From a virus (lineage: Duplodnaviria > Caudoviricetes): DNA of 64,000 nucleotides. This document shows, piece by piece, positions 9,758 through 20,916 of the stretch. A program made the position numbers and the translations under genes. How positions within the stretch are numbered: the stretch's first letter is position 1; each line of letters begins with the position of its first letter. The DNA lies in the IMG/VR virus record IMGVR_UViG_3300028797_000093. One strand, written 5' to 3'. The notes beneath the pieces are model-generated. The model saw only the letters and a list, made by a program, of their open reading frames with translations. It had not been told where the DNA came from and ran no database searches.

Positions 9758-11542
9758 ATGGTTGATCCTAGAGCTATACATAAAACAGTGTTACGTGAAG
9801 TAACAGAAACTATTGCAGCTGCTGTTGCACTAGCTGGTGCAGGTGCTGCTGCATATAAAGATATTAAAAATTCTAAAGGTTCAGAGATTGCAACTGGTAC
9901 TCTTAAGCAGGTACAGAATGCTAGCCGTAGAGGTTATGGTTCTCTAGTAAGAGCTGCTAATAATCTTACTCTAGTATTCCCTGTAATTGCCAGTAAAACT
10001 ATTTCTATTAATACGGATATTCTTATCGCTAAGGCTATTGAGAGAAAAGCTGTAACTATGCTACAGATGGTTTTCTCTGCTATCCAGATTGCTGATAAGA
10101 ATGTAGAAGATGTATATGGATACATTGCAAAGTTCCATAAGAATCTTCCTAACTCTGATTTCTCTGTTGATGATATTATGCAGATCAGTGATACTATCAA
10201 TGCTATGGCAGAGAGTGGAGAGATTCCTGAATCTATTAAGGATAAGACTCTTCGTCAGCTCAATGAAGCTGCTGCTCTGAAAGCTATTGCTGAGGATCTC
10301 AAGAAAAATACTAATTTCTACATGGAGAGCTCTATCAATGAAGCATCTATTGGTTCTTATAGACTCTCCAATAGTAATCTAGGAACTACTGTTATCACTG
10401 AAGCCATTAATAGAAAAGGTGATTATGTCTTTGGTATTGGTCCTGATGGAAAGCCTATTATTCCTCAGGAAATCCTAGATGATATTTATGATAATTTTAA
10501 TTCTCAAGATATCAATCCTGCGGAAAGAGAAAAACTTCGTGCACAGCTAAAGCAGTATCAGAATGAGAAGAACTTTGATTATGCATTCTGGAGAGCTATT
10601 GGTAGAGATTTTGAAGCTGAGAAGCTAGATCTAACCAACCAGAAGAAGCTTGAGTATGAAAAAGAGCTTCAGAAAATGAAAGCTGCTTATGATAAAGCTT
10701 CTGCTAAAGAAAAAGAAGAATTGGATAAAAGAATGTATCAATTCAAAGATAGAATTGAAAAAGCAATGGTCGATTATAAGGCCAATAAAGATAAAGAACT
10801 AGAAGACTATAAAGCAGAGAAGAATTGGCAGAAAGATCAGCTTACCATGGCTAAGGCTAGAGCAGATATGCTCAAGAACCAGGTATTGGATTCTGATATC
10901 AAGAAAGCCAATGAACTCCAGCCTTCTATGATGATTGTAAATTTTTATGTTAATAATGATAAAGAGAAGCTAGAGATGATCAATAATGCAGTTATTGGCG
11001 TAAAAGCCAAGCTGTATCCTATGGATTCTAATGAGATCATTGATAGAATTGATAAGAAGTCCGAAGAACAGGGTCTTCTGGTTATGTTTAAGAGAGTTAC
11101 TACCAGAGAAATCTCCTTCTTTAAGGACTTCCTGTTTGCTCTTGATAAAGCAAAGATTGATGTTGTAGAAAGAAATAATAAGGGTTCTAAAGCTAAGCTG
11201 TGGCAGACTCTTGAGAGTAGGGCAAAGGCTTATAAAGCTGGTAAGTTTGCTGGTTCTGCAAGTGCTGCTCCTATTACAACTCTAGTTGTTTCTCAGGAAG
11301 AAGTAGAGTATCTTAAGAAATTCAAAGGGATTGATTTGGAGTCTTATAAGGCTGCTAGAAAAATCTTTGATGGATATAACTTTATGTGCATCTGTATCGT
11401 AGACGAGAACCTTGAAGTTGCAAAGTTCCTGTTTGATACAGGTGAGAATAACTGGGAAGTTTATTCATTTACGTCTCTTGATAGAGAGAGCTCAGATTCT
11501 ACTTATAAGAAAGTAGTTAATCTGATGACTAAGATTCGTTAA
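9758..11542 (+). CDS. Putative virion structural/inner head protein
   Basis: 594 aa; late promoter; AAGGAGG SD; LNE-A, INE-A, ITE-A motifs; central coiled coil. Confidence 0.55.
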   Translation: MVDPRAIHKTVLREVTETIAAAVALAGAGAAAYKDIKNSKGSEIATGTLKQVQNASRRGYGSLVRAANNLTLVFPVIASKTISINTDILIAKAIERKAVTMLQMVFSAIQIADKNVEDVYGYIAKFHKNLPNSDFSVDDIMQISDTINAMAESGEIPESIKDKTLRQLNEAAALKAIAEDLKKNTNFYMESSINEASIGSYRLSNSNLGTTVITEAINRKGDYVFGIGPDGKPIIPQEILDDIYDNFNSQDINPAEREKLRAQLKQYQNEKNFDYAFWRAIGRDFEAEKLDLTNQKKLEYEKELQKMKAAYDKASAKEKEELDKRMYQFKDRIEKAMVDYKANKDKELEDYKAEKNWQKDQLTMAKARADMLKNQVLDSDIKKANELQPSMMIVNFYVNNDKEKLEMINNAVIGVKAKLYPMDSNEIIDRIDKKSEEQGLLVMFKRVTTREISFFKDFLFALDKAKIDVVERNNKGSKAKLWQTLESRAKAYKAGKFAGSASAAPITTLVVSQEEVEYLKKFKGIDLESYKAARKIFDGYNFMCICIVDENLEVAKFLFDTGENNWEVYSFTSLDRESSDSTYKKVVNLMTKIR

Positions 11543-11565
11543 AGAAGGAGGAAGAATAGTATATT

Positions 11566-13308
11566 ATGAAAATAGATAATATTGCTATGACTGTAGACGC
11601 AGATGTTGATTCTTCTAAAGTAGTCGACGCTGCTGTTGATAATGATGTAGATCGTATTATTGAACTAGATCCTGATATGACTTATATCAGATCTTATGTA
11701 GATAATATGGATATCGTAGATGAGTCTTATATTCTTTTAAAAGAGAGTGTAAAGATTCCTGATGATTTTGTTAAGTTTGCTCAGTCTGTAAGTACTCTAC
11801 TTGCAGATAAGTATGATGAAGCTGCTTATAAGCTCAATACTGAGGTTAAGGATAAAGTAAAAACTCAGTATAAGATTATCATTAATAAAGCTGATGAAGA
11901 TGTAAGTAAGATTAAAGATGCTATTGCTAAGAAGTTTAATCTTACTAAGCTTTTTGAAAAAGATGGAGAGATCATCTATGGTAAGCTATCCGATACTAAA
12001 GAGCATCTGTATGCTATCAGTGGCTCTCTACTTAATAAAAAGGATAAGAAGGAAGAAAATGACAAAGTAATGATCACTGTTACTTGTCATAAACTAGATA
12101 AGAGTATTCTCAAGAAACTCTCTGATGAAGGAAAGAAGCTTATAGAGAAAGCTAAGACTCCTTTTGAGAAGTATCTTGAAGGTTCTCTTGGTAAGACTCC
12201 TTTCATTGATTATGCTAATATGAATGAGCAGGAAACTAAGGAGAGAACTCATGATGAAGACTATCTAAAGGTAGTCTATGAGAATTGTGATCTCTCTGAT
12301 CCTGACTTTAAGAAGAAACTTATCTATGTAAATGAAGCTGAACAGAATAAGGTTCTTATAAGTTTAACTGCTAAGCTTTATTCAAATATTGTAGATAAAG
12401 CTAATGAGCTTGATTATGGTGACATCCCTGAGACCAAGGGTGATATCACCAAGCTAAATAATTATAATATGATGGTGGATACAGTTGCTACTCTTATAGA
12501 TATCGTAAAAGAGTTCAAGCAAGATCCTAGATCTATCAATGTAATCTCTGAAGCTATTGCTAATATTGAGACACGTAAGGATGAGTTTACCAAAGCCTTT
12601 AGACTGGGCTATGAGATTCCTAAGCTTATCTATTGTACTACAGTATTGGCTATCAATGATTCTATTGCTTATATGATTGCTACTTGTATTGAGTTCATCA
12701 AGACTCCTAAGACTGACTCTTTTGAGATGGTTCTTGATGTGATGAGATATAAGAAAGCTAAAGATTATCTTATCTTTTCCAATCTTGAAAAGCTCAATAG
12801 AGAATTTAAGAATGGTAATATTGATAGGATTATGAAAGCAGTCTCTAAGGGTGCTGTTGATAAGGCTCTTACTGAAGCTAATAGTATTAATCTTGCTACT
12901 CCTAAAGTAGGAAAGAAATTCTCTATTATTGGTATTGCTGCAATTGCTGTTCTTGGAGCTTTTGCTATCTATGGACTGCTTAATATCATTCATATTATTC
13001 AGAGCATTGTCTTCTGTGTTTATAATACCATGAATAAGTACTCTCAGTATATTGAGATGCAGGCTATGGTTATGGAAGCCAATGCTAATAATCTAGATAT
13101 TAATCATCCTGAATGGGATGATGCTAAAAAGAAAGATGTCTATGAACGTCAGATGAAACTCGTAGAGAAATGGCGTAATAGAGCTGAGAAATGGAGAGTA
13201 ACTGCTAAGAAAGCAGAAGTAGATACTGAAAGAGAACTAAAGAACATCAAGAAGCTTGATTCTGAGAGTTTTGAAGATGCTTCCAAGTATGACTCTAGTC
13301 TCTTTTAA
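11566..13308 (+). CDS. Putative virion protein with one hydrophobic segment
   Basis: 580 aa; co-transcribed with 9758; LKE-S, VNE-A, LTE-A motifs; IIGIAAIAVLGAFAIYGLL hydrophobic stretch. Confidence 0.55.
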   Translation: MKIDNIAMTVDADVDSSKVVDAAVDNDVDRIIELDPDMTYIRSYVDNMDIVDESYILLKESVKIPDDFVKFAQSVSTLLADKYDEAAYKLNTEVKDKVKTQYKIIINKADEDVSKIKDAIAKKFNLTKLFEKDGEIIYGKLSDTKEHLYAISGSLLNKKDKKEENDKVMITVTCHKLDKSILKKLSDEGKKLIEKAKTPFEKYLEGSLGKTPFIDYANMNEQETKERTHDEDYLKVVYENCDLSDPDFKKKLIYVNEAEQNKVLISLTAKLYSNIVDKANELDYGDIPETKGDITKLNNYNMMVDTVATLIDIVKEFKQDPRSINVISEAIANIETRKDEFTKAFRLGYEIPKLIYCTTVLAINDSIAYMIATCIEFIKTPKTDSFEMVLDVMRYKKAKDYLIFSNLEKLNREFKNGNIDRIMKAVSKGAVDKALTEANSINLATPKVGKKFSIIGIAAIAVLGAFAIYGLLNIIHIIQSIVFCVYNTMNKYSQYIEMQAMVMEANANNLDINHPEWDDAKKKDVYERQMKLVEKWRNRAEKWRVTAKKAEVDTERELKNIKKLDSESFEDASKYDSSLF

Positions 13309-13422
13309 TTAAATATATATTGAAGATGGTATAGTATTTGCTATACCATCTTCTTTAAATATAATAATTCAAACTTATTAATAAAAGTAAACTATCTCTT
13401 TTATATAGAAGGAGTTTGTAAT

Positions 13423-15648
13423 ATGGATATAAATAAATTCTATGAAAAATATATAGACTCACTTAAAGAAGTTGCTCTTACAGAAGCTGATAAGGGTTTA
13501 ATGAAAGAACTTAAGAAGATTAATGGAGATCCCAATAAGCTATATGATGTTATTGCTACAAATGTAATAGATACTGCTCTTAAACTTATTGATGATCTTA
13601 CTAAAGTTCTCAATAATAAAGAGGAAGAGATGAAGCTTAAAGTAAAAATAGCTTCAGGAATTGACTTTGAAGTAGATAGAAAAAAGAAAGTAATAGACTC
13701 TCTTATAGGAGATATCAATAAAGAATATAAAGACTCTATGGATCTACGATATATACAGAGTCTTATTAATTATAATAGGGTTACAATCTGTGAACCCGTA
13801 CAGGTCATTGCTTCAATCTATCCAACATCTCTAGCAGAGAATCCTTTCTTTATTGATATGAAGTCTAATCTAGATCAAGCTACTAAGTATATTGCTGCTA
13901 AAAAGTATAGTACTAATGGTCTAGATAAACTAGTAGATGATCTTGTTAATATTAAGTCTAAATATGAAGCTTATGTGAGTAAAACATATGGATCTTCTGT
14001 AGAGGATATTCAGAATGGTAAGCTTTTTATAGACTTTAATAAAACTAAGAAAACTTATACAGGAAGTAATGAGATTAAATCTATTTCTACTAAACCAGAA
14101 TTGAAATATATGTATGCTATTCTTGATCAAGAGAATAGTAGTTATGAAGCATCTAAAGCAACCGTTATTCAGTACACTAAACTATCTGATGTTTTAGAGA
14201 ACCTTCAGGTTACCAAAAAAGACCAAAAGAGTCTAGAGAAACTAAGTGCTTATATTACTTCTCTTAAAGATCTTTATAAGACAATAGTATTTACTAGATC
14301 TTCTATTCTAGATATTATTAAGAAAGCTCTATTAAAGAGTATGAAACTAAAGCTCAGCGCAGTCAATGATTATACTAGCTTTTTAAGTTATATTAGAGAT
14401 AATAAAAATGATAATAGAAAACTCTCTGTCTCTAATAAAGATTACTCTATTGGATTCTCTTCTGGGATTATAAAAGAAGCTTCTATTATAGATCAAGAAG
14501 ACTTCATTAAACTACATGGGGTTCCTATTGATCTAGATAGTATTTATGATATCTATTACGATATGTATGATAAAGATGAAGATAGAGAAGAAGTATTTGC
14601 TAAAATTAGAAATTATGCTAAAAAGAAAGCAGAAGAAGTAGAAGCTGATAAGGCTGTAGTTGATGTCATTAAAGATAAGATTATTGAAGGAACTTTCTTT
14701 GATAAAGACTATGATACTCTTCTACAAGAAGCTATTATAGATAAAGCTGCTGATGATAAAGCTAAAGAAACTCTTAAAGAGTTTAATGATAAGATGAAAG
14801 ATCTCTCTAAGAAACTATCTGAGTCTATGTCTGTTCTGTTTGGTAAGGCTAAGAGTGTTACTAATAGGAATATGATTACAAGATTCTTCGTTAAGAAGAA
14901 TATAGATAATAATAAGATGATAAAAGATGGTCCTAATACCATTACATGGATTGATAGGATGACAGCTCCTGCTCCTTTTAATCTAAATAATGGTGAGAGT
15001 ATTATTAAAACTATTAATGATGGTAATGCTATTATAGTAGAAAGACTAGCCAATAATCTAAATAACTTTGATATCAATAGATTGGACAATAAAGAGAGTT
15101 ATAATGATCTCTTTAAGACTTGGTTTATGACTTGTAGTGTTGATAAACTAAAAGCTATGAATCAATATAGAGAAAATGTTAGATATGCAGATATGACTAA
15201 TGAGACTAAAGTAGCTATGTATAACTATCTCATTAGTACATCTACATCTATCTATAGATCTATCCAAAGAGATATGAACTACGCTATGAATATAGCAAAT
15301 ATAAACATGTTTAGAAAAGTAGTAGATAAGATTGATCAAGATAGAGCAAATGATCATTCCATAACTGCTGATATGGCCAATAATCCTGAGGGAGAAAAAG
15401 CTTATAAACAGCAAGCTTATAATATCAATACATACGCTACTAAGTATAGTAATCTTATCTATAGCTACTTTAAGATCAAGATTAGTGCTTACTATAAACT
15501 ATCTAAGTCTATTCTTGATATGATAAATACTTACGTAAAGTATAGTTCTCCAAGCTTTGATATTATGTCACAAGCTGATATTTCTGATAGGGTTATGGGA
15601 GAAGAGAATAATACAACTACAACTGAGATTAATACTGAAGTAACATAA
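13423..15648 (+). CDS. Putative virion/inner head protein
   Basis: 741 aa, helical; AACT-N6-TA promoter variant near 13372; LTE-A, IKE-A, LQE-A motifs. Confidence 0.45.
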   Translation: MDINKFYEKYIDSLKEVALTEADKGLMKELKKINGDPNKLYDVIATNVIDTALKLIDDLTKVLNNKEEEMKLKVKIASGIDFEVDRKKKVIDSLIGDINKEYKDSMDLRYIQSLINYNRVTICEPVQVIASIYPTSLAENPFFIDMKSNLDQATKYIAAKKYSTNGLDKLVDDLVNIKSKYEAYVSKTYGSSVEDIQNGKLFIDFNKTKKTYTGSNEIKSISTKPELKYMYAILDQENSSYEASKATVIQYTKLSDVLENLQVTKKDQKSLEKLSAYITSLKDLYKTIVFTRSSILDIIKKALLKSMKLKLSAVNDYTSFLSYIRDNKNDNRKLSVSNKDYSIGFSSGIIKEASIIDQEDFIKLHGVPIDLDSIYDIYYDMYDKDEDREEVFAKIRNYAKKKAEEVEADKAVVDVIKDKIIEGTFFDKDYDTLLQEAIIDKAADDKAKETLKEFNDKMKDLSKKLSESMSVLFGKAKSVTNRNMITRFFVKKNIDNNKMIKDGPNTITWIDRMTAPAPFNLNNGESIIKTINDGNAIIVERLANNLNNFDINRLDNKESYNDLFKTWFMTCSVDKLKAMNQYRENVRYADMTNETKVAMYNYLISTSTSIYRSIQRDMNYAMNIANINMFRKVVDKIDQDRANDHSITADMANNPEGEKAYKQQAYNINTYATKYSNLIYSYFKIKISAYYKLSKSILDMINTYVKYSSPSFDIMSQADISDRVMGEENNTTTTEINTEVT

Positions 15649-15724
15649 TAGTGGTATAGTTATCCGATAAGTCATGACAAATCGAAAATATAGTACTACC
15701 TCATTTGGGGTAGTACTATATTTT

Positions 15725-16936
15725 TTATTTATTAAGTTTAAAGAAAGTCATAGTGACATCTGCTACGAAGTCTTTACCTTCTCTTATAAATATTTCAGTT
15801 TTAGTACCAAGAAGATACTGTCCATTCATCTCAACACCATATACATCACTTGCATCTATAAAGTATTTTCTATTTATAGTAAATATAGAACTATCTATAT
15901 CTGTTTTAGATATAGTTATTGGATTCTTGGACATATCTATAGTACTTTTAATATTCTTTAATAGAGTAGTATTACCATTATTGATCTTAATGTTTCTATA
16001 TTTCTCTATAGTCATATTCTCATCTGTAGTATCTAGTTTCTCACTACCAGCCTCACCATCAGCATCTATACCTCTGATATTGGTATAAGTTCTATCTGTA
16101 ATATTGTTGAACAAAGGACTGGCATATTGTTCTGATATATTCAGAGTATAGTTAAAGTTCTCTGCATCTATTACCATACCTTCATAAACACTACTGTTTA
16201 CTTGATATGGTGTTATATTAATATATATAGTGTCAAACTTATCATTCTTTCTTTGTACATTATTACCATCACTACTCATAAAGTAAGTTACATCAAAATC
16301 ATTAAAGTATCTAAACTTAGTATCATAGAAACATGACATATCATTCAGATAATTTAGTAGTTTCTTCTTACTATTAAGTGAAGGTACCAGCATATTCTTT
16401 ATTTGAGTATTATACTGAAGAGGCTCAATAAGAATATCTCTACCACTATTAATAATAGTATATACTATACTCATCATATCTCCAGTAATAGTTCCATTGA
16501 AATCCTTTTTTGTATTATTAACCAATTCTTTATCCATAAGACCAATTACTATAGAAGATAGATTGGTTCCTTCTTCATCTAATTCTTCACTTACATTGGA
16601 TTTGGTATAATCATCCATTAAGAAATATATACACTCTCTCTTAATATAGTCTTGCATAACAAGAGGAGCTTTATCTTCTTCATATACATATTTCTGTACA
16701 GTGAGAACTATAGTAGCTATATTTTGCTTCTCAGATAGTTTATAGATTATACTATCTTTGAGGGTAATATTCATATATATCATAGGCATTGTATATTCAT
16801 CATAAGAATAATCTATGATAAATTCACCTATACTTTCAGCTGCTATATCTTCAACATCTTCTTTATCAAATATAATCTGAGCAGTAGCAGAATATTTATA
16901 TTTATAGACAACCTCATTAGAAGTTTCGTCTGCCAA
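15725..16936 (-). CDS. Late protein, possibly baseplate hub-like
   Basis: 403 aa, beta-rich; late promoter at 16970-16981; GGAG SD; function is a guess. Confidence 0.4.
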   Translation of the reverse strand: MADETSNEVVYKYKYSATAQIIFDKEDVEDIAAESIGEFIIDYSYDEYTMPMIYMNITLKDSIIYKLSEKQNIATIVLTVQKYVYEEDKAPLVMQDYIKRECIYFLMDDYTKSNVSEELDEEGTNLSSIVIGLMDKELVNNTKKDFNGTITGDMMSIVYTIINSGRDILIEPLQYNTQIKNMLVPSLNSKKKLLNYLNDMSCFYDTKFRYFNDFDVTYFMSSDGNNVQRKNDKFDTIYINITPYQVNSSVYEGMVIDAENFNYTLNISEQYASPLFNNITDRTYTNIRGIDADGEAGSEKLDTTDENMTIEKYRNIKINNGNTTLLKNIKSTIDMSKNPITISKTDIDSSIFTINRKYFIDASDVYGVEMNGQYLLGTKTEIFIREGKDFVADVTMTFFKLNK

Positions 16937-17032
16937 GTATTATCACTCCCTACAATAGACTATTTCTATTACAATTATGTTGACCTAATATAAAAAATAA
17001 AGATATACCCCATAGAGAGGTATATCTTTATT

Positions 17033-18181
17033 CTAATAATATAATTTATTTATATCTATAGGATTCATAGAGAAAAACTGTTCATTGATCTCTCTTATAC
17101 TCATAGGACTTATAAGATCTATAATAGAAGACTTAGCATTCATAGCATTTGGAGTTATCTTATATAGACCATGATTCTTTACTAAATCTATAGCATTAAA
17201 TCTGTTAATTATATTAGTTTTATTTTCTGCTATCTTTGGTGATAGTTCACTCAATGCTTCTATACAATACTCAGGATCAGAATTATACTCATTTAGAATA
17301 CTGTTATTAGTAATTGCTGTAGTAAGAATCTCTACAGTCTTATTATATGTATGAATACTCTTTATGTTTCTACTCTTTAGACCTGCTATAGAGAAGAATA
17401 CAGATAGAAGCCCTGTATTGATTATACCATAATTATCTGGTACATTGCTTACATTTGCTCCTAACTCTTTCTTTATAGCTTTCAATAGATTAGTCTTAGA
17501 TACACACCAAGACTTATCTTCTCCATCAACTTTTCTAGGTCTCAATATAAATGTATAGCTATCTATTGCTACAAGTTGATAATCATATAGATCTTTAGTA
17601 ATAATTATATTTGGATAAAGACTAAAGTTATCTGATCTTTGATGTAGAGCATTATGTTTAAATCTAGCTTGATCTGCTATTATCTCTTTAATAATAACAG
17701 CAGTCTCTTGATTTTCATCTTGTATAAAATAAATTCCATCCAAATATTTACATAATAGATCTAAGAGTTCACGATTGTGATTAATTAGAGCTACCAATTC
17801 ACCATTATTGATATATGTAAGATAATTCCTGTGATTATACTCAGGAATTATCTCTCTTGGAGCTGATGGAAAGTTATTAGAATATACTATAAACACTCTA
17901 GCTTCTATATTAAATCTATCTTTAAAGAACTCCTTATAATGGATAGCCATATTAATCAGAGCTGATGTGATTCCATTATAATCAAATATCTTATAGTTCC
18001 TGATAAAGATCTGACTCATTACAGAATTCATATCAATGTATATGTCTACCCATCTACATTTATCAAGATAGTATATTAAATGTTTTATTAAACCAAATAA
18101 TCTATCATAGTTTATAAAACAAGACCATATAGACCATTCAGTAGATCTATATGGTTGTAATGGATTAGTGAATCTACTCAT
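17033..18181 (-). CDS. Putative FEN/T4 RNase H-like 5'-3' nuclease-fold protein
   Basis: DIYIDMNS and NIIITKDLYDYQLV resemble the PIN/FEN motifs xxIDxxN and IISxDxDxxQL. Confidence 0.4.
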   Translation of the reverse strand: MSRFTNPLQPYRSTEWSIWSCFINYDRLFGLIKHLIYYLDKCRWVDIYIDMNSVMSQIFIRNYKIFDYNGITSALINMAIHYKEFFKDRFNIEARVFIVYSNNFPSAPREIIPEYNHRNYLTYINNGELVALINHNRELLDLLCKYLDGIYFIQDENQETAVIIKEIIADQARFKHNALHQRSDNFSLYPNIIITKDLYDYQLVAIDSYTFILRPRKVDGEDKSWCVSKTNLLKAIKKELGANVSNVPDNYGIINTGLLSVFFSIAGLKSRNIKSIHTYNKTVEILTTAITNNSILNEYNSDPEYCIEALSELSPKIAENKTNIINRFNAIDLVKNHGLYKITPNAMNAKSSIIDLISPMSIREINEQFFSMNPIDINKLYY

Positions 18182-18647
18182 CTATTGAAGTACTAATATT
18201 ATCCATAAGATTCTTAGCACTAAACTTAGTAGACTTTTCTCTCTTAGCAATAATCTCTTTTACTTCATCCAGTTTAGTTCTAGCATGACTGGAGTTAGCC
18301 GTAGTCTTCATTTTTTCTTCAAGAGATGGAATTTCTTCAGGCTGTTTGTTTTTTCTTTCTTCCATAATAGCTTCTATAGTCTCATCATCGCCATATCCCA
18401 ACTTTAATAGAAGATGAGTGAGCTGATGGGGGCCTTCTTCTGTATAAAAAGTGATACCTTTGGATGGTGTCTCATTATCTTCTCCATCCATATACCATCT
18501 ACGAATTTCAAGTTTAGGCTGCTGTCTATTCCAAGACACTTTTCTTATAGCAAGATAAGAATTATCTCTATTATCAAATACATTTTCTAGTGGATCTTCA
18601 TCCATAATATCAAAGGTTATTTTTTTCTCTTTGTATAGAATTCCCAT
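18174..18647 (-). CDS. PC4/YdbC-family ssDNA-binding protein
   Basis: RKVSWNRQQPKLEIRRW...KGITF matches the YdbC/PC4 pattern (ISWN..PKYDIR.W...KGITL); GGAGG SD before ATG at 18647. Confidence 0.75.
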   Translation of the reverse strand: MGILYKEKKITFDIMDEDPLENVFDNRDNSYLAIRKVSWNRQQPKLEIRRWYMDGEDNETPSKGITFYTEEGPHQLTHLLLKLGYGDDETIEAIMEERKNKQPEEIPSLEEKMKTTANSSHARTKLDEVKEIIAKREKSTKFSAKNLMDNISTSIDE

Positions 18648-18757
18648 TATATAACCTCCATATATCAATCAATTACTATTGAGTTAAAGCTTATATAAAA
18701 ATAAAAAGTTGGAGGAGATTTCTCTCCTCCAACTCTTATTATCTGTTCTTTCTCTTC

Positions 18758-19573
18758 TTACCGAGCAGGAATGTAGCTGCTGCTCATGATGGAACCATTG
18801 TACATCCCATCGACAAAGTTACGGAACGTGTTGCGATCGAGCTGATCAATCTTGACGATCAGATCCTGGCCAGCCCTGCCGAAGGTGGGAGGCACATAGA
18901 ACATCGTCTGATACTCAACAGGATCACCGTTGTCGTCAACAAACACACCATCAACCAGCTTGGCATAGATGTGATTGATGACCTTGTTGATGTCGATGCC
19001 GCTGACACCGACATGAATGCTGGGCTTGCTCATGCTGAAGTAGCCATTGTTCTGCTGGAACTCGAAGACATGACGACCCCAGAATTCCTTGGGCAGCTTC
19101 GGCTGATAAGGATTGGAGAAGACGAAATCTTCGAGCAGCTCCTTGGCTTCAGCAGTCAGAGCATACTGATGAGGATTGCTCCTGGTCTCAGTGAAGCTGT
19201 CGAAAGCCGCAGACAGATTGTTGCTGGTAGCCTTCGGAGCATTCCCATGAAGACGATTCAGAGCATTGTACTGACCGGAGTCAGGATCCGCAGTGACTCC
19301 GAGGTCCTGGAAGAACAGATTCAGATAGTAGGCATTCTGCGGGACATCACTGACCAGACCATTGACACTGGCAAACTGAACAATGCCGGCGTTGCTTGCC
19401 TGAGTGTTGATGTTGATCCCACAGCCGACATAGTCGACGAACACACTCTTGAAGAGATTGTTCGCCAGCTTGCAAAGATCCTGTGGACTCATGAACTTGG
19501 ACTTGGTCACAGCATCAAAGGGCATGGGCTGCTCAAGACTGATCCTGAGCTTTTCGGTTTTGGTTTCTGCCAT
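18758..19573 (-). CDS. Hypothetical protein, GC-rich codon usage
   Basis: 271 aa; GGAGG SD; own terminator at 18706-18735. Confidence 0.75.
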   Translation of the reverse strand: MAETKTEKLRISLEQPMPFDAVTKSKFMSPQDLCKLANNLFKSVFVDYVGCGININTQASNAGIVQFASVNGLVSDVPQNAYYLNLFFQDLGVTADPDSGQYNALNRLHGNAPKATSNNLSAAFDSFTETRSNPHQYALTAEAKELLEDFVFSNPYQPKLPKEFWGRHVFEFQQNNGYFSMSKPSIHVGVSGIDINKVINHIYAKLVDGVFVDDNGDPVEYQTMFYVPPTFGRAGQDLIVKIDQLDRNTFRNFVDGMYNGSIMSSSYIPAR

Positions 19574-19666
19574 GGTTTTCTTACCTCCGGAAGTTAGAAT
19601 ATTTTTGGATCCAATTCTATATTATATAATTGACAAATCATTTATTAGTTATTTATTCGGTATTTT

Positions 19667-20611
19667 TTAATCTAGTTGTAGATCATATCCTATGACAAAA
19701 ATATCATCATTATCCTTAGATTGAGCTAGTATATAGTTTCTATTAAACTCATCCAGATCAATCTCTTTACTATAAGGAATAATATAAGTCATAGTAATTT
19801 TATTGTTAGTTAATTGTTTCTTTAATATATCCAATTGTTCCTTATATAAGAACATTTGATAACCTGTAGAAGAACTTAGATCTTTATCTATATTGAAATC
19901 CAAGATAAGAGTATCAAAAGCTGTTCTAAAGTCATTAATAAATCTATTCTCTTTCAATAGATCATATACAGTATCAGCGAATCCTCTTGTAGTAGGAAGA
20001 TTGATCTTAGACCACTCTTTAGTCCTAACAAGAACATTATCAAATTTCTTTATATTAATTCCAGGAAAGATATACTTAGCAATACTATCTAAACTATCAT
20101 CTAGATATACTGCTGTGATAACCATCCATCTTAATCTTTCATATACTAAAGTAGCACCAAAGTCAGAACCTGCAGGAATAGTATCCTTGGATACAGAACA
20201 TCCTACAGTTGTGAGATTAGTATTCTTCAGTATAGTTTGTTCAATAAAGATATCTTGCATACACTGTCTACATACAGCATAAGGTAACTGATCTACAGTC
20301 TCATTACGCTTATGAAGACATACCATGACATCTTTAACTTTATTTGTTTTATTCATATCTACAATAGAGAATGTAAGGAACCCATCAGGGTTTAATACTA
20401 CAAATTTCTTTGGATCATAAATTTCTTCTTCTGTGAAAGTTTCGATTTTATCTGTGTTTAAATTGTATACTCTATAGGTCTTTTGAGATTCTTTATAATG
20501 AAGAATTCTATAAACTATAATCTCATCAGCTTCTTCATCATATCTATATAATTTAAGACCTACAATTCTTTTAGTTGATCCTTTATGATAAGTTTGAATG
20601 TCTGGAGGCAT
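19667..20611 (-). CDS. Hypothetical protein
   Basis: 314 aa ORF with GGAGG SD. Confidence 0.7.
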   Translation of the reverse strand: MPPDIQTYHKGSTKRIVGLKLYRYDEEADEIIVYRILHYKESQKTYRVYNLNTDKIETFTEEEIYDPKKFVVLNPDGFLTFSIVDMNKTNKVKDVMVCLHKRNETVDQLPYAVCRQCMQDIFIEQTILKNTNLTTVGCSVSKDTIPAGSDFGATLVYERLRWMVITAVYLDDSLDSIAKYIFPGINIKKFDNVLVRTKEWSKINLPTTRGFADTVYDLLKENRFINDFRTAFDTLILDFNIDKDLSSSTGYQMFLYKEQLDILKKQLTNNKITMTYIIPYSKEIDLDEFNRNYILAQSKDNDDIFVIGYDLQLD

Positions 20612-20631
20612 CGGCTATTATTTCAACCTCC

Positions 20632-20865
20632 TTATTTATCTGGATTAACCCACTCTGGGCAATTAATAGATATAGTATTATTACTGATAATGAACTTAAA
20701 AGTTTTTGGACACATCCATCCCTGGTATGTCCTCTCTTTAAACAATTTACAACTATAACAAGTTCTTAGAAATGGATTGAAAATACATTTAGATTCATGT
20801 TCTCTTACTGCATTAATAGATCCTGTGAATTCACAGTATTCACATGTATAAGCTTGTCTAGGCAT
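20632..20865 (-). CDS. Small Cys-rich (zinc-binding) protein
   Basis: CEYC...HESKC, CYSC...C...C. Confidence 0.6.
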   Translation of the reverse strand: MPRQAYTCEYCEFTGSINAVREHESKCIFNPFLRTCYSCKLFKERTYQGWMCPKTFKFIISNNTISINCPEWVNPDK

Positions 20866-20916
20866 GATAAAATCCTTTCTTGATAATAATATTTCTGCCT
20901 ATCACTTATATAATAT

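Noticed and set aside
18971-19597. 208-aa plus-strand ORF (also 9300..9629 on minus)
   Set aside because: Antisense shadows of GC-rich genes; no SD
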